The notes under the pieces were generated by a model. It worked only from the letters and a program-made list of their open reading frames with translations, made no database searches and was not told the DNA's origin. From positions 16,988,001 to 17,052,000 of the forward strand of contig NC_043014.1 in NCBI RefSeq assembly GCF_006345805.1: 64,000 bases of DNA. Reading direction: 5' to 3'. The stretch's first letter is position 1; each line of letters opens with the position of its first letter. Shown in pieces: positions 54,333 through 64,000 of this stretch. Position numbers and translations under genes: made by a program. The stretch is from Octopus sinensis (Eukaryota).

Positions 54333-54929
54333 ATATATATGTATATGTGTGTATGTGTATATATGTGTATATAGGGACTTGTGTGTTGTGTGTGCATGTG
54401 TGTATGTGGATATGTGTGTGTGTGCGTGTATGTGTATGTGTGTGTATGTATATATTTTTATGTGTGTATATGTATGTGTGGTCGTGTGTGTATATATACA
54501 TGTGTGTGTGTATATGTGTATGCATATGTGCGTGTGTGTGTATATATATATGTATATATATGTATGTGTGTATATATAGATATATATATATGTATATATA
54601 TGTGTAGATATATGTATGTATGTGTATGTGTATATATATATATATATGTGTGTGTGTGTATGTATGTGTGTATGTATATGTGTGTGTGTGTGTATATATG
54701 TATACATATGTGTGTAGGTATAAGTGAGAATCTCCTTATTTACCTAAAACTCGATTCTTTTATATATTTTTTTATTCTTTTATTTATTCTTCTATCTAAT
54801 TTACCACTAACTCCTTGACCACTCCCCCAAGTATGATATTTTGCGCTATGCCTACCCCCAAAAAGTCCCCCACCACCACCCCTTTAAACCTGCCTAAATG
54901 TATAAATGCCAATACAATTCTTGTTAACT

Positions 54930-54980
54930 AGCTTCCTGAAGATTTCTCTTGAATGAAACAGTTCTAGTCCTGTAGAAGCT
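54930..54980 (+). ncRNA. Type I hammerhead ribozyme fold, Penelope-associated
   Basis: AGCTTC-CTGAAGA-TTTC(TCTT)GAAT-GAAA-CAG(TTCTAGTC)CTG-TA/GAAGCT. Stems I and III are perfect, cleavage triplet GUA, U.U at the base of stem II. Confidence 0.7.
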
Positions 54981-55339
54981 CCTTCTATATAATAAATATA
55001 TATATATATAAATTAAATAATACGGGTAGAAATTGATATTAATCTATTAAACCAGTGGCTTAGTATATTTTAAAAATATCTGAAGATTAAAAATTGTGTT
55101 AGAATCCTGATAGAAGAGAAAAAAAAAAGAATCATATTCCCTCTACACACTTTCCAACAGTGTAACCCTTTATATTCCTTTTTGTCTCTCCCTAATGTAT
55201 TCCCTCAAATATTTCTAGTTCTAACTATCGCTCTTTGTTCTGCACCTCTTAGTCTCTCTTCGTTCACACACACACAATGTTTATATTGATTCGTTTTTCT
55301 TTCACAGACATCAAACACATGGATGTGAGATACGTTAGA

Positions 55340-55368
55340 GCGGGAAAGTTGGGTCGGAGGCGGGAAAA
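55340..55368. promoter_or_regulatory. Two E2F-like motifs (GCGGGAAA, GGCGGGAAAA) in a CpG-enriched patch
   Basis: Direct motif match to TTTSSCGC on the minus strand, about 300 nt upstream of the PPP1R15-like ATG. Confidence 0.35.
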
Positions 55369-55671
55369 TCATCTCAGGGATGTTTTTGTATTGTATGTAG
55401 TCTCTTGCTCTGTGTAAACACACGCACACACATTTATGCATATATACCTACACGTATATATATTTATATACTTTGTTGTATATATGTCTGTACTAGAAAT
55501 ATTTAAAAAAAAACATTCCCTAACACGTTTTAGAACATATATCAGTGTACACGTCTTATAATTTTTTATTTGCCAGCCTTTACTATTCAGGGTACTAATA
55601 GCGTAGACTGTACCCGGTTTGCGCAGCCGCGCGTCCACAACTGGTCATTCAGTGCGAGCAACAGAAGTCCA

Positions 55672-55938
55672 ATGAATTCCACTAATTTAGACTCTTTTAC
55701 TGATCTGCACAGCTCTGTTCATGATGGGCAGGATAGCGATGATTGTGTTAGTGATGAAAATTACGATGATGATATCTTGTTCTCTGATACCCCTTGCTTT
55801 TCTTTCAATAAACTGTTTGAAAATACTCAAACTACAAAAACTGAAAATACAGACTCCATTCCCAATTCCGTAAGAAAAGCCAACGACCGATGGAATCAAG
55901 TCTATATGGACACGAACATACATCATAAAGCTTCTAAG
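55672..55938 (+). CDS. PPP1R15: PPP1R15 (GADD34/CReP)-like, coding exon 1 (MNSTNLDSF...HHKASK)
   Basis: Acidic/Ser-rich ORF ending AAG|GTTGAA, phase 0. Splicing creates K|VRF. The frame is also open upstream to an AG at 55575-55576, so the start codon is uncertain. Confidence 0.7.
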
Positions 55939-57609
55939 GTTGAATTTGTATTACTTCCTTAAAAATTTCACGTGAACATATATTGTAATTTCTTTTCTCA
56001 TTTGGTTTATGTAAACTATTGAATGCAATATGTTGTATATTTGAATATTCCCTCTTTCCAAAAATCATAGGAAATAATCTAATTTTTATTTCTGTTTATA
56101 TTAGCAGCTGGTTCTTTCAATCAGCATTTGTAACATTTGCCGTATAATTTCAAACTTCTTTTCGCATAAATTGCTTTAATTGCAGTTGTTCAATCACTCT
56201 TGGTAGAAAAGCATGTCAAACGTTTGTTCAACCTATTTAAGCTTATCTAATAACAGTTCACAAAGAGTATATTCCATGGCCCTCAAACGGATGCATCATT
56301 TTGTATGTCCTCTTCAACTGACTACGATTTTTTGTCTTTTTTTTTATCAGATTAAGGGTCGAGCTGGGGATTTTGGGGTTCCCTCCTATCTCTTTCATTA
56401 GGAATGTATTAATACTATTTAACATTAATGTTAGCTATTCAATGGAAATAACTCTTTTCAAAGTACATAGTCCGAGCTCAAAGACCGGTTTTTTTTTGGT
56501 TTTTTTTTAGAATTCCAATTTTTCGTGTTGACAGCAAAAAAAAAAAAACCCCGAAGAAATTATCGAAAAGGAAATATGGCTGTGTGGTAAGTAGCTTGCT
56601 AACCAACCACATGGTTCCGGGTTCAGTCCCACTGCGTGGCATCTTGGGCAAGTGTCTTCTGCTATAGCCCCGGGCCGACCAATGCCTTGTGAGTGGATTT
56701 GGTAGACGGAAACTGAAAGAAGACTGTCATATATATGTATGTGTGTGTCTGTGTTTGTCCCCCTATCATTGCTTGACAACCAATACTGGTGTGTTTACGT
56801 CCCCGTCACTTAGCGGTTCGGAAAAAGAGACCGATAGAATAAGTACTGGGCTTACAAAGAATAATACCCGGGGTCGATTTGCTCGACTAAAGGCGGTGAC
56901 ATATTCATTATGCATAGAATGTTATTTACCTAAATGGACTCCAGCGTTTGGTTAAAATTGCCGAAATGCTCGAAATTAAAGATGAAATATCTTACAACCT
57001 ATAGAATTTTCTCAATAAAGCCAAGAGAAAATGATGTTTTATAAACACATTCTACCAGTATACGAAGTTTAAAACTTTTTAGTTACCTAGAAATTATGTT
57101 ACAAAGTGCCGTTCAAAAGGAAAAGATCCCATCTCTGCTCCACATATCTTCTGTTGGGCTTGTATGTTATGCTTGTGAAAATCTGTTGAACCGAGTGAAA
57201 TTGTAGTCCTGGGTGATAACAGTGCTGCCTGACTGGCATGTAAAATGCACCCACTACACTCTTGGAGTGGTTGGCATTAGGAAGGGCATCCAGCTTTAGA
57301 AACCTTGCCAAATCAGATTGGACCCTAGTGTGGCCTCCGGGCTTGCCAGTTCTGTCAAACTGTTCAACCCAGGCCAGAATGGAAAGCAGACATTAAACTC
57401 GATGATGATAATAAAGGTATGAATAATGATGGGGTGACAAATCTTCAAAACCACTTGAATAAAATGTGAAGGCTAAAATATAATAAGCACCATTTTTATG
57501 TTTTGTATATCTGCCATTGACTAGAGCAGTATTATTGAAAAAGTATGGTGTTAGTTTGCTTTCCCTGAAATTGATCTTTTATTTTCTTATTACTGTTTTT
57601 CCTCCACAG

Positions 57610-57831
57610 GTTCGTTTTGCTGCTGATGAGAAGTTAGAAACCAAGCACCTTATGCTTGCATGGAGCTATGCCTACCAAGCTGCCCGTAAAGGTGAATGGG
57701 TACAAATTCATATTGATTCAGAGAGGTTTCGATGTCGGATAGAAAACACTGAGCAAGTGTTGAAACCAATTTTAGATCCTTCTCACAGACTGAAGATCTT
57801 GGCTCTTCGGAAGAAATATGAACATTACTAA
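57610..57831 (+). CDS. PPP1R15: PPP1R15-like coding exon 2, PP1- and eIF2alpha-binding domain
   Basis: cctccacag acceptor. VRFAADEK...LAWSYAYQAARKGEWVQIHIDSERFRCRIENTEQVLKPILDPSHR aligns with GADD34 VRFSEKV...[30 protein letters not shown]. Confidence 0.9.
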   Translation, partial: VRFAADEKLETKHLMLAWSYAYQAARKGEWVQIHIDSERFRCRIENTEQVLKPILDPSHRLKILALRKKYEHY

Positions 57832-58924
57832 ATGCATCTAGTAAAGAATTTGCCTAACTGAAGATTTATTGTATTTTTGTTTAGGTGAGACTACATTACA
57901 GACTGTTAAACGCAATCTTGTCACATACAGACAACTATCAAATGGATATCATCTTAAATGTCATCATTGAAGCATTCTGTGATACAAAATGAAATATTTT
58001 TGTAACTAAACTAAAAAGAAAACATTTCATGTGATGGTCTTTTGGAGCTTTGTTGATCATATAAACTTTGACCTAATATTTAAATTACTATTAACTCAAC
58101 ATTGTGGTTGGTGTTGGAAGTGGTGGTGTGTCTTTCATGACACGTCATCTCTCTCTCATTACATGTATGTAGCAAGCAGCAGTTAATATATCTGGCCTCA
58201 GAGTTATTTATTATTTATTACATCTGGCTGACTCAGATTTTGAATTGCTTTGGCAACTAGTCTCTGATTAAAGATGACTAACTCTAAATCCAATAGTGGT
58301 TTTTTCTTTTGTATACCATCGTCTAAGTAAATTCTAAAATTATGACTTGGTACATTGTTGTAACTTTCTGGGGATGTTTTGTACCTGACCAGCTATAAAT
58401 ATTTTACTGCTGTACATAAAGTAAACCACAGTGTAAGGGGAGGTAATAACAGATTAACATCTAAGAAGATAATTAAATTTATAGCATTCTCTTACAAAAT
58501 CTTTGCTTTTTATGTAACATTCTTAATAAGATTAAGTTTTAAGGCAATTTTAAATAGCTAATGCTAATCAGTAAAATCTTACACTTTGTGTGTGTGTGTG
58601 CACGCCAAGCTGTATCGGCCTTTGCCTTTCCCTTGGGTAACACTGGCGGCGTGGAGAGGGGAGACCGGTATACATGGGAAGACTGCTGGTCTTCCATAAG
58701 GCGAGCTGGCAGAATCGTTAGCATGGCGGGGGAAATGCTTAATGGTATTTCGTCTGTCTTTACGTTCTGAGTTCAAATTCTGCCAAGGTCGACTTTGCCT
58801 TTCATCCTTTTGAGGTCGAAAAATTAAGTACCAGTTGTGTACTGGGGTCGATCTAATCGACTTACCCCCTCCCAAAATTTTGGGCTTTGTGCCTTGAGTA
58901 GAAAAGAATATATATATATATATA

Positions 58925-60104
58925 TCATCATCATCGTTTAGCGTCCGTTTTCCATGCTAGCATGGGCTGGACGGGTCAACTGGGATCTGTGAAGCTGGAC
59001 GGCTTCGTCAGGCCCAGTCAGATCTGGCAGTGTTTCTACGGCTGGATGCCCTTCCTAACGCCAACCACTCCGCGAGTGTAGTGGGTGTTTTTTACGTGCC
59101 ACCTGCACAGGTGCCAGACAGAGCTGGCGAACGGCCACGAACGGATGGTGCTTTTACGTGTCACCGGCACGGGGCCAGGCGAGGCTGGCAACGGACACGA
59201 ACGGATGGTGCTTTTACGTGCCACCGACACGGGGCCAGACAGAGCTGGCAACCGGCCACGAACGGACGGTGCTTTTACGTGTCACCGGCACGGGGGCCAG
59301 CCGAGGCTGGCAGCGGACGCGAACGGATGGTGCTTTTACGTGCCACCGACACGGTTGCCAGACAGAGCTGGCAAACGGCCACGAGCGGACGGTGCTTTTA
59401 CGTGTCACCGGCACGGGGGCCAGCCGAGGCTGGCAACGGACACGGACGGATGGTGCTTTTACGTGCCGCCGACACGGGGCCAGACAGAGCTGGCAAACGG
59501 CCACGAACGGATGGTGCTTTTACGTGTCACCGGCACGGGGGCCAGCCGAGGCTGGCAACGGACGCGAACAGATGGTGCTTTTACGTGCCACCAACACGGT
59601 TGCCAGACAGAGCTGGCAAACGGCCACGAGCGGACGGTGCTTTTACGTGTCACCGGCACGGGGGCCAGCCGAGGCTGGCAACGGACACGGACGGATGGTG
59701 CTTTTACGTGCCACCGACACGGGGCCAGACAGAGCTGGCAAACGGCCACGAACGGATGGTGCTTTTACGTGTCACCGGCACGGGGGCCAGCCGAGGCTGG
59801 CAACGGACGCGAACAGATGGTGCTTTTACGTGCCACCAACACGGTTGCCAGACAGAGCTGGCAAACGGCCACGAGCGGACGGTGCTTTTACGTGTCACCG
59901 GCACGGGGGCCAGCCGAGGCTGGCAACGGACACGGACGGATGGTGCTTTTACGTGCCACCGACACGGGGCCAGACAGAGCTGGCAAACGGCCACGAACGG
60001 ATGGTGCTTTTACGTGCCACCGACACAGGGCCAGACAGAGCTGGCCAACGGCCACGAACGGACGGTGCTTTTACGTGTCACCGGCACGGGGCCAGGCGAG
60101 GCTG
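58925..60104 (-). mobile_element. RTE 3' fragment whose UTR unit is amplified about 16.5 times
   Basis: (CAT)n tail at 58925, 17 ttttacgtg unit starts, 245-bp higher-order period. Confidence 0.92.
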
Positions 60105-61319
60105 ATATATATATATATATATATACATATACACACACACAATAATGATCAACTTTTTTCTTAATAATTCCTAACTTGGGAGTACTTCATCTTACATTGC
60201 ATGCAGGTTATTGAAAGCCTTAAGGATTGGGTCTTATTTTACTTCTAGATATTAACTGTTTTCAAATTCATGTTATTTTAATTTCTCTCAAGTTACAATA
60301 TCTTACATGAAGTCTGAATTTCTCAAATAAATTATAAATTGAAAATTTCATCTGTTTGTTGTTTCCCCCTCCCCTTCAAGTGTTCTAAGTATCTACTTCA
60401 AATAGAATGGTTTCATTTTGCGAATCATATTTTGAATGGCATTGATAAGGGGGAACATTAAAAAAAATTTTGTGGCTATTCATAATTAGGGTTAACACAA
60501 TACATACTTATGGTAGGGGAAACAAACATTTTATAACAGAACATAGAAAGCAGATGTGTCGGTGAAGGCCAGGAGTAAAACATATATACCAGTGACACAT
60601 CATTTCTGGTTCAGTCCCACTGCATGGTGCTCTTGACAAGTGTCTTCTATTGTCCTGGACTGACCTAACTTTTGTAAGAGGATTTGATAGACAGAAACAA
60701 AGAAACCTGTCATGTGTGCTTGTTTGTCTTGACATTTGTAATCATAAATCTCATTTCCAATATTCTGCAAGGATATGTCTGGCCATGGAGAAATATTACC
60801 TTGCTTGGAAACTGTTGGTGACAGGACATCTGGTCATAGCAAATCTGCCTCAATAAACTCCAATGCATGCAAGTATGGAAAAGTGGACGTTTTGGAATCC
60901 CTTGTCAGTTCAGATAAGGTAGTAAACTTTAGCATTGTATTATATAAGTTCATTTTGCAATTTGATACCAAGTTTGCTGAACAATTTAGTCAAATGTCTT
61001 CTATGTTACATTAGGTTGACCAACTCTGTGTGTGTGTATATAAATGTAAACAAATGAAAGGTATAAGCATCAATGAGAAAACAACAAAAATTGGTGATCT
61101 ATAAGATACTTAGATTTTATTCTGTACTGAAATACACTCCCTTGTCTTGTACTGTCAGAAATTCCTGTTGGAAAGCAGTAACCAATGGAACTATCGGTCA
61201 CCAATGGTGATATATATAAAATCATCATTCAGTGTTCATCACCAACAAAAGTAGCAACTCCCTGAACTTAGCCCAGCCCGTTCTTATTCTAACAGCTATG
61301 CTTTCTTAGCTGACTCCTC

Positions 61320-62760
61320 CACTGCTGACTTGGTCACCTAAGTAAGGGAAACTGTTTACCACTTCTAAGAATTCCCCTGTATGTTCCTTATTTGGTGGTC
61401 AATGTGAAAGCTAGGGATAGATGAGTGGTTGGTGAGGGCTGTACAAGCCATGTACAGGGATGTTGTCAGTAAGGTGAAGGTTAGCAACAAGTATAGCAAG
61501 GAATTCAGGGTGCAAGTAATGACTACACCACTGCACCTTTTGTGTCTATAGCTTGCACTGGGTACACCATATGGAATTTTCACCTACATATTGAGCAGGA
61601 CTATCTCCCTGAAGGGATCAGTAAGTTGACTGTTTTCCTCTTACTAGGACTTTGGTCTTTGCTAAATTAACTCTAAGGCCATTTAACTCCAGTCTTTGCT
61701 TCCTTACCTGAAATTTCTTCTAGTTCTTATACTGATTCAGCTATAAGAACAAGGTCGTCAGTGTAGAGGAACTCAAAAAAAGTAGCCAGTATTAAATTCC
61801 TCCGTTATTACCTGGAGGGCATGGCTTGTACAACTCTCATCAATCCCTAGCTTCCGCATTGCCTACATCACAATTCTCTCTGACTCTGTCTTACAATTTG
61901 AAACACCTCATGCCACAGAATGTTGGTAAACTTCCTTTCTGCTACTACCATTCTTCCAAGAATATTTCTTTGCTCTAATGTCCCTGTCTACTACACACTC
62001 CTCTACCATGCCACACTAGATCTGATTGGGACTTTGCACTATCCACACATTTGGTCTGTGGCATTTAGTAAGTTGACCCATAGGAACTTGTCTCCTGTTC
62101 CATGCCTATAGCTCTTCCTCATTAAATGTCTCAATTAGGGCGTCTCTAAATCACTGACTATTCAAAGGATTCTAATACTTCCAAATCCTTCGTTTCCAGA
62201 CTGGTCTGCTTCTTGGAATCCTCCTAACCTGAAGTCATGACTAACCAATGTGGAGGGGTACATTCTTCACCAGAGAAGATCTTTGCATTTATAAGCAACC
62301 ATGTATCTCACTTTCTGGTGAGAATGCAGTCAATCTGACTAGTGTTGGTCACTGGATTTGTAGGTTATCAGATTACTGGCTGGTTTCTTGAAGTTGGTGT
62401 TGCAGATCATGTGGTTATTCACATCACAGAACTCCTGTAGCCCTGTTCCTTCCTTGTTTCAGGAAAAATTCCATAGCCCCTATGTATAATGTTGAAGACA
62501 TGCAGTTGCTGGCCAACATGTTCACTGAAATCACAGGCCACAAAGATATGGTCTGCCATTTGTGGATTTTTTTTTAATGCTGACATACAGTTCTGGCATG
62601 GTCGCTGCCAGTACCGCCTGACTGTCTTCTGTGCTGGCAGCACGTAAAAAGCACCATTCGAGTGTGGTCATTGCCAGTGCTGCCTGACCTACCTTTCAAT
62701 GTGCCTACATTGATAGTGTCAACTCTGAGGAAATGAAAGGGGAGGCAGGAGAGAACATGG
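61320..62760. mobile_element. Scrambled old RTE fragments including the 5' ORF start
   Basis: INVGTLKGRSG on the minus strand near 62700, with RT fragments in both orientations. Confidence 0.8.
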
Positions 62761-63774
62761 AGAGGGTGGGATTCAGCGTCTGAAAAAACAGGTTCTAATG
62801 AGCATTGGCCAATAGACATAAAAATTGTCCTTTAATCTGCCATCATTTGTGTTATACTTGCTCCTGCCACTGAAAGTGGGTGCTATATAAGCATTGATAA
62901 ATAAAAGTTAATTCATTACAGATAGATAAAATAGCTAACTGCTTAATTAATTAACTAAATTATAACTACTGCACAATCATGTTTTGGTACAAAGTAACAA
63001 GCTACCACCAGTGGCATAAATGTTGAGCATTACACAAGGTGTTACAAATTAAATACTTAGCAATGGACTAAAATGAAATTATTTGCAAGAACTCCCCAAA
63101 CAAATGTATGGCCTTATGCTAATGTAAATAAATACATTTATGAATTCCAATCTATTTTTTATTTCTTGGAGCTGTTAATGCCCTTTACAATTTTCACTCA
63201 TATTTGAAATAGCTAATAAATGTTGAGTAGATAAGGTGTTAGACTACATTCTCATAGATTAAGAGTTCAAATCGGCTAGTATTTTGTTCTTGAGATGAAA
63301 ATTTTAATGTATGATGGAAATAGGTGGTAGATCACATAAGAATCTTTAATATTGTCCTCTCCAGGAGGAAATTCAAGTTACATCTACTTAATGTTATGAA
63401 ACTGGAACAAGCCTGATATTTACAAACCTAACAAATAATTATTGAATTAAAATATATACATGTGTTAACTGCACAAAATTATTACCATAAATGAATTATT
63501 CAAAAATTATGTGAAAATTGTTTTAACATTGAATATCGAGAAAATCAACCAGAAGCATGATTAAGAGATTTTAGATTTTATTGATTAATGAACAAAACTA
63601 ATGACATTTCTTATTTTTAACAAATTATTGTAATATGGCTTAATCTGAGAATTTGGAGGTAGCTTCCATAACATTTTCAATACTTCACAAAATATGAGAA
63701 AGTGAAGATATCTGATATTAATATGATTAATGTATATATATATATATATATATTTAATTTATATATATGTATAT

Positions 63775-64000
63775 CTCTCTCTATATAAACGGCAGTTTGT
63801 CTGTGTGTGTTTCTGTGTGTCTGTTTGCTTGTACCCTCACTCTGACCACGGCTTTCAACCGATTCTGATGAAACTTGACACACACATAGCCCAATGTCAT
63901 AATTCAAAACTAACGCAGCGAAAAGTTTGAAAAGTTCCCCCAGTTCTGAAAAAAATTGATAAATTCGACATGGGGTCGAGAATCAGAAACACAAACCACA
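63775..64000 (+). mobile_element. Possible non-autonomous Helitron-like 5' end
   Basis: tctatataaac...ctgtgtgtctgtttg...ccgattctgatgaaacttg pattern. No 3' end in the window. Confidence 0.35.

Larger units (their letters stand above)
46600..54996. repeat. Nested giant palindrome built on compound (TA/CA/TACA)n arrays
   Basis: Unique anchors are inverted: 46600-48366 with 53337-54996, and 50263-51350 with 51450-53290. Centre at about 51390. Confidence 0.9.

Noticed and set aside
46778-54818. Dozens of long Y/I/H/T/C/V/M-rich ORFs
   Set aside because: Translations of (TA)n, (CA)n and (TACA)n, which lack stop codons.
55267-55320. Minus-strand MSVKEKRININIVCV* as the KIF4 start
   Set aside because: No match to the VRVAxRxRP motif and it ends in a GT microsatellite stop.
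59030-60164. 300-370 aa ORFs and CRISPR-like regularity
   Set aside because: Tandem RTE 3'-UTR units without unique spacers, in a eukaryote with no cas genes. The ORFs arise from GC-rich repeats lacking stops.

Overview
AT-rich, repeat-dense eukaryotic DNA. The SINE, RTE-LINE and (TA/CA)n content is typical of octopus (species not determinable here). Two host genes were reconstructed by eye. (1) On the minus strand, 12 phase-compatible exons (38726 to 24026, about 400 codons) encode the C-terminal stalk and Cys-rich CXC tail of a KIF4/chromokinesin-like protein. The model includes a GC donor, an AT donor where GT is expected, an in-frame TAG, a SINE-derived stop, and no detectable motor-domain exons. 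(2) On the plus strand, a two-exon, about 162-aa PPP1R15 (GADD34/CReP)-like gene carries KVRF and RxGxW..D..RF..RI motifs (55672-57831). Between them lies an approximately 8.4-kb nested palindrome (46.6-55.0 kb) capped at both ends by Penelope-type type-I hammerhead folds. The rest is mobile DNA: near-full-length and truncated RTE LINEs with a repeat-expanding 3' UTR, four Tc1/mariner relics, a Buster-type hAT split by an RTE, Penelope fragments, two SINE families and several MITEs. Most listed ORFs in 46-54 kb and 59-60 kb are repeat artefacts.
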